Positions 10,725 to 20,182 are shown, counted from the stretch's first letter. The stretch: DNA of 64,000 nt from an uncultured Chloroflexia bacterium (GCA_963726315.1 CAVSBZ010000003.1:38978-102977); one strand, 5' to 3'. The notes: a model not told the origin generated them from the letters alone. Made by a program: numbers and translations.

Positions 10725-11720
10725 ATGAAGAAGTTCGTGAATAACCCGAAGGATTTTGTTCCAGAAATGTTGAAGGGGATCGCGTTAGCTAATCCGAATA
10801 CACTGAAATATATTCCCGAATACAATTTAATCATGAGAAGTGATATCCCGAAGGCAGATAAGGTTTCAATCATGCAGGGTTCGGGATCTGGACATGAGCC
10901 TGCTCATGTTATGGTGGTTGGCAAAGGGATGCTAGATGCAGCTTGCCCAGGTAATGTCTTTGCAGCTCCCCCGGCAGATTTTGTTTATCAAACCACCAAA
11001 CTTATTGCGTCCCCGAAAGGCGTCTTGCATTTATTAAATAACTATACTGGTGACACTATGTCCTTCGATATGGGGCGCGAAATGGCTGAAGTGGACGGAA
11101 TTGAGGTTCGAACGGTGGTGATCAATGACGATGTGGCCGTGAAAGATTCGCTTTATACTGTAGGTCGACGCGGCGTGGCTGGTAATTTCTTTGTCATCAA
11201 AGCGGTAGGTGCCGCATCTGAAAAAGGCTTCGGACTAGAAGAGCTGGAAACGCTGGGTAACCGGGTTGTTTCTGTCACGCGAACAATGGGAATAGCATTG
11301 ACCGGCTGCACACCTCCTGCTAAGGGTTCGCCAATTTTCACACTAGCTGAAGATGAGATGGAAATGGGAATCGGTATACATGGAGAACCAGGACGCAAGC
11401 GTGTTACATTGACATCCGCGAACGAAATCGTTGATGGACTGTTAGATGCTGTATCCAGTGACCTACCTTATAAAGCCGGCGACGAAGTGGCGTTAATGAT
11501 CAATGGCATGGGTGGCACACCAATATCTGAATTATATTTACTCTACGGCTATGCTCATGAGCAAGTCGTAAAGCGAGGAATGAAAATAAAACGAAACTAT
11601 ATCGGTGAGTACTGTACCTCATTGGAGATGGCTGGTTTCTCACTGACTCTGGTCAGGCTTGATCCTGAGCTGGAGGATCTTTTAGCTGCTCCTGCTGAGG
11701 CTGCTGTCCAAATCTTCTGA
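10725..11720 (+). CDS. dhaK: DhaK subunit, copy 2
   Basis: Canonical GSGSGHEPAH and GIGIHGEPG motifs. 331 aa. Confidence 0.85.
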   Translation: MKKFVNNPKDFVPEMLKGIALANPNTLKYIPEYNLIMRSDIPKADKVSIMQGSGSGHEPAHVMVVGKGMLDAACPGNVFAAPPADFVYQTTKLIASPKGVLHLLNNYTGDTMSFDMGREMAEVDGIEVRTVVINDDVAVKDSLYTVGRRGVAGNFFVIKAVGAASEKGFGLEELETLGNRVVSVTRTMGIALTGCTPPAKGSPIFTLAEDEMEMGIGIHGEPGRKRVTLTSANEIVDGLLDAVSSDLPYKAGDEVALMINGMGGTPISELYLLYGYAHEQVVKRGMKIKRNYIGEYCTSLEMAGFSLTLVRLDPELEDLLAAPAEAAVQIF

Positions 11721-11756
11721 TTTGTTCAGTTAGTTTGATTTGTTCTTTTTTAATAG

Positions 11757-11779
11757 GGTGTGCATTGACAATGCACACC
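11757..11779 (+). terminator. Weak candidate terminator hairpin after dhaK copy 2
   Basis: ggtgtgcat / atgcacacc form a 9-bp stem with a 5-nt loop. The downstream T-tract is poor. Confidence 0.3.
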
Positions 11780-11936
11780 TCAAATATTTTAAATTCTTCT
11801 CCTAAAAGTGTAGGCGAAGAGTTGATTAAGATTATTGTTGATAAACAAGGAGTTGAAAGCTAAACCAATCTAGCGGATACTATCAAAGCATACTAAGATG
11901 TAAAACAACCCTTCATTTACTTTGTGAAATTGCACA

Positions 11937-13145
11937 ATGGTATTAGTAGACAAGATCACTAAACTATCGTTTGAACCCCAAATTCAGCGCACATTAGGCT
12001 ATTACTGGTTAATTTTGTGCATGGGCATGAATATGGGTGTACTAGGACCATTACTTCCATCGCTAGCTACTCAAACTCAATCGCACCTGGGTGATATGGG
12101 CAAGCTATTTCTATTCAGCTCTGGTGGAGCCATAATTGGCACGCTATTTGGTGGGCAGATCTTTGACCGGTTACGCGGCCATGTTGTTTTGGGTGCTTCG
12201 CAAATAATTTCGGGTTTGCTGTTTTTGTGCACACCGTTTATACCCACATTAGGTTTATTGCTGGGCGTGGTTGCATTAAAAGGTGTTATGGACGGTCTTA
12301 TCAACAATGGAGTCAACACGTTGCTGGTCTGGACACATCGTGAAAAAGTGTCACCTTATATGAATGGTTTACACTTTTGTTATGGACTGGGGGCATTTCT
12401 CGCGCCATTATTTGTGGCTCAGGTAGTGGATATCTCGGGTGCATATCGATGGGTTTTCGTGGGTCTGGCCGGATTTGCTATTCTGGCTGGCATATGCATG
12501 ATGCTGATTACAGGTAGCCCACATGCCTTACCCTTGATGGTGAGTTCATTCAACACTGTTCAGCCCCGAAATATTCCGTACAATGTCGTACTTGCAGCAG
12601 CGTTAGTTTTATTCTTCTGTGTTGGCGCAGAGATCGCTTTTGGTGATTGGGTATTCAGTTACGCTGTAGTGCTTAAATTAGTGTTGGGAGTGCAGGCTGC
12701 CTATATCACTTCGCTATATTGGTTATCTTTCACAATTGGACGTCTATTCTCAATTCCATTAGCCATTCGCTTCTCGCCGCGCCAAATTATTACTGTGGCA
12801 TTGCTTGGTTGTGTATTCTTTATGAGTTTGATGTTTGTATTCGCTGATTCAAAGGTGGTATTGTGGGTAACAGCACTGGGGGTGGGTTTTTGTATTGCCC
12901 CGGTTTATCCTTCCAGCTTTACATTAGCAGTGCAGGGGTTTAAGCTCACAGCTCAAGCGAGCAGCATTATTCTCTTGGGTGATACATTGGGTTGTATGAT
13001 TTTACCGTGGTTGGTGGGACAGATGTTCGACATGACGGGTCCACGAGCTCTGTTATATTTGGTGTCTGTTAGTTTAATATTTTGTTTATTGGCATTTGTT
13101 GTCTTACTACGTGCACGTTCCAAAATGATTATGACATTCATTTGA
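11937..13145 (+). CDS. MFS transporter
   Basis: 402-aa ORF with about 12 hydrophobic segments. An MFS-like loop (GGQIFDRLRG) follows TM2. Confidence 0.75.
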   Translation: MVLVDKITKLSFEPQIQRTLGYYWLILCMGMNMGVLGPLLPSLATQTQSHLGDMGKLFLFSSGGAIIGTLFGGQIFDRLRGHVVLGASQIISGLLFLCTPFIPTLGLLLGVVALKGVMDGLINNGVNTLLVWTHREKVSPYMNGLHFCYGLGAFLAPLFVAQVVDISGAYRWVFVGLAGFAILAGICMMLITGSPHALPLMVSSFNTVQPRNIPYNVVLAAALVLFFCVGAEIAFGDWVFSYAVVLKLVLGVQAAYITSLYWLSFTIGRLFSIPLAIRFSPRQIITVALLGCVFFMSLMFVFADSKVVLWVTALGVGFCIAPVYPSSFTLAVQGFKLTAQASSIILLGDTLGCMILPWLVGQMFDMTGPRALLYLVSVSLIFCLLAFVVLLRARSKMIMTFI

Positions 13146-14050
13146 TAGATCGAATAGTAAAATTGATAGTAGTTTTTGGCTTGCCCTACTAAACACTCCA
13201 TCGATCATGTCAGCCTTCACACTCTTGATAGCAGAAAAAGATCCTTAAAACTGAGATACTTACAAAAAACATATGACCCGAGGATATCCTCACAAAAACC
13301 ACTCTTATAATCTCCACTGTCCAGGTCATAGATTATATGCATACTATTATGACTGTTGTTTATACAGGTTTAGGGGGGACGCCACATAACCCTTTCTAAT
13401 AATATCATCTATTCAGGAGTTCTTGCTGAGGCTCAAGCGATTATTGAAACAAACAATGGTTCGAAATCAATTAAATCCTTGCTTGTAATACTTGGATTTT
13501 ACGCATGGTTATAAAAGTTGACCTACCGGAAGGAACCAGGTCCAAATATCGCCTACCTATTTGTATGAATCTTAATCAGCTGGCAGACGGTTTGTCAATA
13601 GATAAAGAGATTTATAATGATATTGAGGGACAAGCGCATTAGTTCTTGCTGAATGGATATCCGTTGGTTCAAACAAAATCACGCTTCGCTGCAACGGAAA
13701 GTATAACCATTATCCTGAGTGACGCTCAGATCAAATAAATCCGCAAAGAATAACGTAAAAATATCCCTATTCGGGTTATTAAATTTCATAGGGGTATTAT
13801 TTGGAAAAAAGTCTCAACCCTCCTGGCACCTTACCAACTAGGAATAGGACTTTTACTTGCTCTCCTTGCTTCATATCGTGATTACCAATATTTGTTGCAA
13901 CGTGCTGCAACCGGCTGCAACGCCAATAACACGGTATGGGAAATAAGGACTTCTTGGACATACATACCCCCATATATGGGGATAATAAGTATATCCAACC
14001 ACCATATGTAGGCTATGTATCCAGTGGACAACCTTCCAATAAAAATCGCA

Positions 14051-14086
14051 CTGAAGAGGCCGCGGGTTCGAATCCCGCCAGGTCCA
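14051..14086 (+). other. Orphan tRNA 3' half (variable region, T-arm, 3' acceptor strand); no 5' half
   Basis: T-stem/loop GCGGG-TTCGAAT-CCCGC (14062-14078), then CAGGTCC-A. No complementary GGAYYTG 5' acceptor strand and no D or anticodon arm within 100 nt upstream. Confidence 0.5.
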
Positions 14087-14418
14087 TATCAAAGGATGTA
14101 GCATCTATTATTGTGAATCGCGATCCAAACTGACACAACACTCCCAAAAGGTACTAATTTTTTTTTGAGTGTATAATAATATTTACGCTCCTTATAGATA
14201 TTTAATAATATTATTATTAACTCCAGACTAATTGAGCCATTATTTAGAATCCCCTGCTTGAGAAATTCCGATTTCCATAGGCGTATCCCTTAACGATTAA
14301 CTATCATATCGCCGAAATTGCATCAAGCAAAATATAACGGGAATAGATTCACGCTCCGTCTTTCTCTAGTGTCTACAAGAATGTTGTATCAACCATTTGT
14401 AAGGATCGCGGTCGACAT

Positions 14419-17211
14419 ATGGAAAAGGCTGACAATCTCATACGTACCAAGTTACACCCACCACTCACACGGCTGGAGTTAGTCTCCCGTCCGAGACTCG
14501 AGGTACGGATAGCGGAAGGATTACGTGGACCACTCACGCTCATTACCGCACCGGCAGGTTTTGGTAAAACCACTTTGGTGGCATCCTTCATCGCAAATTG
14601 TGGTTTTCCGATCGCCTGGCTGTCTCTTGATAAGGATGATAATCAGGTGGAGCGTTTTCTGAGCTATCTGGTCGCTGCCTTACAAGAAACTGATAATACG
14701 ATTGGGAACGGCGCTGCACAGCTACTGGCAGCTGCACGCCAGGCACCCCCTGAAGCTGTCATGACCAGCCTGATCAATGATCTGGATGCTTCCGGTGTGG
14801 AGATTGGTCTGGTGTTGGATGACTATCAGTTTATTACTAGCCAGTCAGTACATGATGAAGTGGCTTTTTTACTCGAGCACTGCCCGAAGGCATTCCATCT
14901 GGTAATCGCCAGCCGCTCTGACCCCCCACTCCCCTTAGTCCGTCTCCGAGCGCGTGGCAAAATGGTTGAACTACGGGCAGGTGATCTTCGCTTTTCTGAG
15001 TCTGAGGCGGCTCAGTTTCTAAACAACGTCATGGCTCTCAGTTTGAATGCAGGATCAATCGCCATGCTCGAAGAACGCACGGAAGGTTGGATTACAGGCC
15101 TGCAGATGGCGGCTCTCTCCATGCGCCATAGGGAAGATGTATCCGGTTTTATTAAAGGTTTTTCAGGCACGAATCGTTACATTCTGGACTACTTGCTAGA
15201 GGAGGTCATGGCAAGTCAGCCACAGGAAATTCAGCAATTTCTTCTATGTACCTCGATTTTGGAGCGTCTGACGGCTCCCCTGTGCGAAGCGGTTCTGGAA
15301 CCTGAAAAATTGGATGGTTGGATCATTGAAAAAATTTCTGAAAACTTTCAGCCTCCCAACCAGCTTAACTGCCAATCAATCCTCGAATACCTTGAACGGG
15401 CAAACCTCTTTCTAGTACCTCTGGATGATGAGCGAATCTGGTACCGCTACCACCATCTGTTTGCCGACTTACTGCATGCCCGCTTGCAACAAACCCTCAA
15501 AATCCAAGATATTGATGCATTACATACACGGGCAGCTCAATGGTACAAACAAAATGGATTTACCCTTGAGGCGATCCATCATGCTTCTTTGACTTCAAAC
15601 AATGAGTGGGTTGAGCAATTGATAGAACAAAATTATATGGAGATGTTCCACCGAGGAGAAGCTTCGTCCATGCGGTTTTGGACTGGCAAGTTGAGTAAAG
15701 AATTGATATATAGGAGGCCTTTGTTATGCATCTATGAAGCCCAGAGCCATGCTTTATTCGGACAACTTGATGAAGCGGATATACTATTGGCTAAAGTGGA
15801 GGAGCATCTTCAATCAGAGAATCAGTCTGCTGACACTAAATCCATGTTGGGTCACCTTTCTTATGTTAAAAGCAGGGTCACTGGCATGCGGGGTGATGTG
15901 CAACAGGCGATCGAGTTAAGTCTTACCGCCCGTGAAAATACTCCTGCCAGTAATCAGGCCTTGCAATCAGGTATTGGGGTTAACCTTGGTGTTGTATATT
16001 TCTTGAATGGTGATTTCACTGCCGCAGCACAGACCTTTAATGAGACGATACGATCAAGTAAAGCTGCCAACGCGATCAATGGTACTATGGCGGCATATTG
16101 CCACCTGGCGAGGTTGTATGCTATCCAGGGTCAGTTACATAAATCATACAATTTATACCAAGAAGCAAGGAAATTTGCCCTTGACGCTGGTGGACGGAAT
16201 CTGGGCGCAATGAGCCTGGTTGATTTGGGGATTGCGAATGTATTATATGAGTTGAACGATCTTGAGAATGCTCTTGCTCACATTAAGAAAGCATTGGAGT
16301 TCATCCCCTTATGGGGCAATGCGGACGATATGGCACTGGCATACACAACCAATGCCCAAATTCTACAAGCACAAGGGGACAAAACTGGTGCTATAGATGC
16401 TTTAGAGAAAGGGATCCACTTGATCGAGACTAACGGCGTTTTTACAGAAGCACGTGATGCTGTGAGGACTGCTGAGGTAAAAATTTGGCTGATAAAAGGA
16501 GATTTACAATCAGCTGAACGCTGGGCGGCAGACCAGGAGCAGCGATTGACCTCAGATAGGGGATTCAGGTTTGAAAATGAGCTGACTCGCATCACACTTT
16601 CACGGGTTTATATTACTCAGAAAAAACCGGATGATACCTTAAAATTATTGAATCGCCTTGAGGAAAGTGCAAAATCAGGTGGAAGGACGGGCAGTCTCAT
16701 TGAAATCTTGATCCTCAAGGCACTGACACTAAAGATATTGGGTGCTGATACTCAAGCGTTTTCAGCATTAGAGAAAAGCCTATCATACGCTGAACCAGAG
16801 GGATATATTCGGATTTTTATAAATGAAGGTCCACCCATGAAGCGGCTGCTTACTCTATGGACGGCCCATGCCAGCGACGGTTCATTGCGAGACTACTCGA
16901 TCAATTTGCTCTCCCAATTCAATGCCGAACCGCACCAAATCATGGCAACGCACGAAGGCGTCTCTCTGATCGGAGACCCGCCGAAGATCCCGGCAGGTGG
17001 CCTGGTCGAGCCATTAACGGTCCGCGAGCTGGAAGTGCTGCAGCTTATTTGCGCAGGTGATTCTAATCAGGTAATCGCGAACAAGCTCGTAATATCGATA
17101 AAAACAGTAAAGAAACACACCAGCAACATTCTTGGCAAGCTGGGAGTTACAAGCCGGGCACAGGCGATGGTTAAGGCACGTCAATTAGGATTGGTTACAA
17201 TAGACAATTAG
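14419..17211 (+). CDS. MalT-like LuxR-family transcriptional regulator (STAND NTPase + TPR-like region + C-terminal LuxR HTH)
   Basis: 930 aa. Walker A APAGFGKTTL lies near the N-terminus. The C-terminal LTVRELEVLQLICAGDSNQVIANKL...TVKKHTSNILGKLGV is a LuxR/GerE HTH. Confidence 0.85.
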   Translation: MEKADNLIRTKLHPPLTRLELVSRPRLEVRIAEGLRGPLTLITAPAGFGKTTLVASFIANCGFPIAWLSLDKDDNQVERFLSYLVAALQETDNTIGNGAAQLLAAARQAPPEAVMTSLINDLDASGVEIGLVLDDYQFITSQSVHDEVAFLLEHCPKAFHLVIASRSDPPLPLVRLRARGKMVELRAGDLRFSESEAAQFLNNVMALSLNAGSIAMLEERTEGWITGLQMAALSMRHREDVSGFIKGFSGTNRYILDYLLEEVMASQPQEIQQFLLCTSILERLTAPLCEAVLEPEKLDGWIIEKISENFQPPNQLNCQSILEYLERANLFLVPLDDERIWYRYHHLFADLLHARLQQTLKIQDIDALHTRAAQWYKQNGFTLEAIHHASLTSNNEWVEQLIEQNYMEMFHRGEASSMRFWTGKLSKELIYRRPLLCIYEAQSHALFGQLDEADILLAKVEEHLQSENQSADTKSMLGHLSYVKSRVTGMRGDVQQAIELSLTARENTPASNQALQSGIGVNLGVVYFLNGDFTAAAQTFNETIRSSKAANAINGTMAAYCHLARLYAIQGQLHKSYNLYQEARKFALDAGGRNLGAMSLVDLGIANVLYELNDLENALAHIKKALEFIPLWGNADDMALAYTTNAQILQAQGDKTGAIDALEKGIHLIETNGVFTEARDAVRTAEVKIWLIKGDLQSAERWAADQEQRLTSDRGFRFENELTRITLSRVYITQKKPDDTLKLLNRLEESAKSGGRTGSLIEILILKALTLKILGADTQAFSALEKSLSYAEPEGYIRIFINEGPPMKRLLTLWTAHASDGSLRDYSINLLSQFNAEPHQIMATHEGVSLIGDPPKIPAGGLVEPLTVRELEVLQLICAGDSNQVIANKLVISIKTVKKHTSNILGKLGVTSRAQAMVKARQLGLVTIDN

Positions 17212-17237
17212 CTGACTGCATTATTTGCTGTTCAGCT

Positions 17238-17281
17238 GAGAGGGAAGGTAGACCAAAGTCTACCTTCCCTCTCTCTTTTTC
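17238..17281 (+). terminator. Rho-independent terminator of the LuxR-family gene
   Basis: 16-bp perfect stem gagagggaaggtagac / gtctaccttccctctc with loop caaa, followed by tcttttt. Confidence 0.75.
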
Positions 17282-17305
17282 AATAGAAGTTACTACTTCC
17301 GCTCA

Positions 17306-17334
17306 CTGACATTCGGGTTTTTAACATGTATAGT
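17306..17334 (+). promoter_or_regulatory. Candidate sigma70-type promoter (CTGACA-N17-TATAGT) inside a conserved block repeated at 18676-18716
   Basis: Hexamers and the 17-nt spacer were read directly from the sequence. It lies about 150 nt upstream of the 17487 ORF. Confidence 0.4.
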
Positions 17335-17486
17335 GTAATCGTAAATTGATCCCAAAAGATCCGGCAGAAATTTCTTCCGGGGTTGAAATAGAAAATCATT
17401 GCAGAAGATTAAATCTTGGCTTTAAAAGCAATGATTGATTATGCAAGAAACCTTCATAGGAGTAGAAACGATACAAGAGAACCCAT

Positions 17487-17726
17487 ATGCCAGAATATTA
17501 TGAAATCAAAATCAAGGGTCAATTAGATCCACACTGGTCAGATTGGTTTACAGGTATGAATCTGACACATCTAGAAGGGGATGGTACCCTACTCTCTGGG
17601 GTCCTGCCTGACCAGGCGGCACTGTATGGACTGATCGAGAGAATCCGAGATCTGAATCTGACCTTGGTCTCGGTTACCAGTGGCAGTCCATCCACGGAGC
17701 ATCTCGATCAGGAAGACAAGCCTTGA
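17487..17726 (+). CDS. Small conserved hypothetical protein (79 aa)
   Basis: ATG preceded by an AGGAG-like site. The pattern YEIKIKGQLDPHWSDWF...DQAALYGLIERIRDLNLTLVSV resembles a small uncharacterised family I recall from Actinobacteria and Chloroflexi. That recollection is unverified. Confidence 0.5.
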   Translation: MPEYYEIKIKGQLDPHWSDWFTGMNLTHLEGDGTLLSGVLPDQAALYGLIERIRDLNLTLVSVTSGSPSTEHLDQEDKP

Positions 17727-17760
17727 GAATGAATTCCTGAAACCAAAATATTCGTGAAAG

Positions 17761-18654
17761 GTGATGAAAATGAAAACTCTAATTGCAGGAGCAAGTGGCA
17801 TGATCGGTTCAGCTGTTGCCCCTTACTTGGAAAGCCAGGGGCATGAGATTATCCGGCTGGTTCGCCGTGAGGCAGGTGCTGGGGAGGTATTTTGGGATCC
17901 AGATGGTGGGAAAATCGATTCTGCAGGTCTGGAAGGATTTGACGGGGTCTTAAACCTGGCAACGATGCAGTGGCCGGCCAGGTGGACGACATCAGCCAAG
18001 CAAAAAATCCGTGCCAACCGCCTGGCTACGAATGGCCTTTTGGCAGAAAACCTGGCGAAATGCAATAATAAACCCAAAGTCCTGATATGCTCATCCGGAA
18101 TGGGCATTTATCCCTCCTGCGGAGAGCAGATCATCACAGAGGACAGCGTGATTGGTACTGATTTTTTGGCTACACTTCAACGGGATGGAGAAGCTGCTGC
18201 AATGAAAGCTTCCGCAGCAGGGATACGGGTAGTAAATCTGCGCACGCCTGCAGTCCTGGGAACGGAGGCAATTCAGCGCAATATTGGACGAATAGGTGAT
18301 GGAAGGCAGTGGTCGCCATGGATCAGCCGGGATGAACTGGCTATGATTATCGATTATATACTCAAGAACGATGCGATTATTGGCCCAGTAAATCCGGTTG
18401 GCCCAAATGCGGTGCGTAATTCTGAATTTATTGAGACAGTGAGCAGTGTGCTCGGTCGCAAGCCCGGCTCACCTATACCGGCTTTTATGATACAACTCAT
18501 GGTCGGTGAGATGGCTGATGCGTTGATATTAGCCAGCCGGCGTATAGAACCGAAGAAGCTGCTGGAGAATGGCTATCAATTCCGCTTCCCTAAACTTGAA
18601 GATGCGTTGAATCACGAGCTGGCAGGAGTGAGCGAACTTATTAATTCGAAGTGA
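17761..18654 (+). CDS. YfcH-like (TIGR01777-type) NAD-binding epimerase-family protein
   Basis: N-terminal Rossmann motif IAGASGMIGSAV. About 295 aa with a DUF1731-like C-terminus. Start is ambiguous among GTG 17761, ATG 17764 and ATG 17770. Confidence 0.75.
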   Translation: MMKMKTLIAGASGMIGSAVAPYLESQGHEIIRLVRREAGAGEVFWDPDGGKIDSAGLEGFDGVLNLATMQWPARWTTSAKQKIRANRLATNGLLAENLAKCNNKPKVLICSSGMGIYPSCGEQIITEDSVIGTDFLATLQRDGEAAAMKASAAGIRVVNLRTPAVLGTEAIQRNIGRIGDGRQWSPWISRDELAMIIDYILKNDAIIGPVNPVGPNAVRNSEFIETVSSVLGRKPGSPIPAFMIQLMVGEMADALILASRRIEPKKLLENGYQFRFPKLEDALNHELAGVSELINSK

Positions 18655-18808
18655 GTCATCGGAAATCAACCCATTCTTCCGCTTCACACTGACGGGGTTT
18701 ACCTTTCATATAGATACGACCATAGAATGTCTGAGTATAGAATAAGAATCAAATATACCGAAGCAAGAACTGAAATGTCCTTCATGCAAGGAAAATAAGG
18801 ATAATAAC

Positions 18809-20014
18809 ATGAACACTCTAATCGCAAGTTCAAATAAGACAGCCAGTGTCGTGCCCACTAGTGGCAGAGGGGTGCGCGACTGGCAGCGTTGGACGCCTTA
18901 CATGGCAGTGACATGGTCGATAATCTACGCTGCTATAGGGGTCTATTGGGCGGTGAGCGGGCGCGGGTTCCCTTACGCCCCCGAAACCGGGTCTAACGTT
19001 ATGGGGCCGGTGGTTGGACGGTTTGGATCGTTCGTTGCCTGGATTGTGGTGATACTGGCAGGGATCCCTGCGGCGGTGGTAGGCGTAGCGATGCTGCGCG
19101 GGGTGCGGAGCAGGGTGCTGCGACCTCTCTTCATTGCATGCGGTGCAATGCTGGCTGGAGTTCTACTGCTGTTCATGGCTGATCTCACTTTGCTGGAAAT
19201 GCTCGGTTACATTCCTTATTCCATCTTCGGGCTGCTCACAGGTGGCAAGATGGGTCAGATCTTCCTGGACACCCTGGCTCAAATCAAGTGGATTATCGTG
19301 TACCAATTATTTTGTATCATCGGTGGATTCCTCTGGCTAGCGGCCACAATTAGCTATGCCCGCCTTAGTGGAGATGCCTGCCTGTATTGCGGTCGCCGAG
19401 ATGGCCTAGAAGGTTGGAATAGCCCACACAACGCCGCGCGTTGGGGTCGGATCGCAGTGTACGTAGCGCTGGTGGCGCCAGTTTTCTATACCCTTACCCG
19501 TTACGCCTGGGCGCTGGGGATCCCGCTGGGGATGACTATGGAGCACCTGCGTAGCGGACAGGAGCGTGGGTTGTGGATTTCGGGACTCTTCCTAGCGACC
19601 TTTGGCCTTGTGGGGGCCATCCTGATGCTCGGATTGTACCAGCGTTGGGGTCAGGTTTTCCCGCACTGGATGATTGGCCTGGCTGGACGGCGTGTTCCAA
19701 TTGCATTAGCCCTAATCCCGGCTTCGATAATCTCGGTGGTGCTAATTGTGGGGGGCATCGCGATTTGGTCCGGCTTACACCAGATGATCGTTAATTATTC
19801 AGCCACAGGAGCGTCGGATGGAGAAATCATCGGGGCAGTAATCTTCGAGGTCGGCCCTACCTTGTTGTTTCCACTTTGGGGTGTAGCGCTAGCGGTGGCG
19901 ACGCTGGGTTACTATTTCCGGCGGCGTGGATCGTGTAGCGTGTGTGGCCGTGGCACCTCCGAAGAACCTGGGGAGTCGTCTGTGACCAACAGCTCAACCG
20001 CTCAGGAGCTTTGA
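18809..20014 (+). CDS. Integral membrane protein of unknown function with two CxxC pairs
   Basis: 401 aa with many hydrophobic segments. CLYCGRRDG sits mid-protein and CSVCGRG near the C-terminus. Confidence 0.6.
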   Translation: MNTLIASSNKTASVVPTSGRGVRDWQRWTPYMAVTWSIIYAAIGVYWAVSGRGFPYAPETGSNVMGPVVGRFGSFVAWIVVILAGIPAAVVGVAMLRGVRSRVLRPLFIACGAMLAGVLLLFMADLTLLEMLGYIPYSIFGLLTGGKMGQIFLDTLAQIKWIIVYQLFCIIGGFLWLAATISYARLSGDACLYCGRRDGLEGWNSPHNAARWGRIAVYVALVAPVFYTLTRYAWALGIPLGMTMEHLRSGQERGLWISGLFLATFGLVGAILMLGLYQRWGQVFPHWMIGLAGRRVPIALALIPASIISVVLIVGGIAIWSGLHQMIVNYSATGASDGEIIGAVIFEVGPTLLFPLWGVALAVATLGYYFRRRGSCSVCGRGTSEEPGESSVTNSSTAQEL

Positions 20015-20137
20015 GAAATGCTTATACGCCATTTTCTCGCTGTTTGTGTGCATTTCTAACAATTAGAGCTGGTACAAGGAAAACCCCAATACTTAGGCAT
20101 ATGAGACTCCAATAACTGGTAAATCCTTGAGTGCAGT

Positions 20138-20182
20138 AAAAAAAAACGGTGCGGTTTGCCTCAATCGGGAAACCGCACCGTT
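20138..20182 (-). terminator. Strong intrinsic terminator oriented for the minus strand, with no annotated minus-strand gene feeding it
   Basis: 13-bp perfect stem aacggtgcggttt / aaaccgcaccgtt. Nine A residues precede it on the plus strand, which gives a 9-U tail on the minus strand. There is no T-run on the plus-strand side. Confidence 0.6.

Noticed and set aside
13893-13923. Possible mini-CRISPR or tandem repeat array
   Set aside because: It has only three 5-nt cores with 4-5-nt spacers, which is far too short, and there are no cas genes. I kept it only as a low-interest possible binding-site cluster.
14051-14086. Complete tRNA, intron-split tRNA or tmRNA 3' end
   Set aside because: No 5' acceptor strand (GGAYYTG) lies within several hundred nt. 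Position 3:70 would be A:U, not the G:U required for tmRNA alanylation. No tmRNA-like 5' end or tag reading frame was seen.
13871-14133. 77-aa (minus) and 65-aa (plus) ORFs in the AT-rich spacer
   Set aside because: They overlap each other and the tRNA-like fragment, have no RBS, and have implausible composition.
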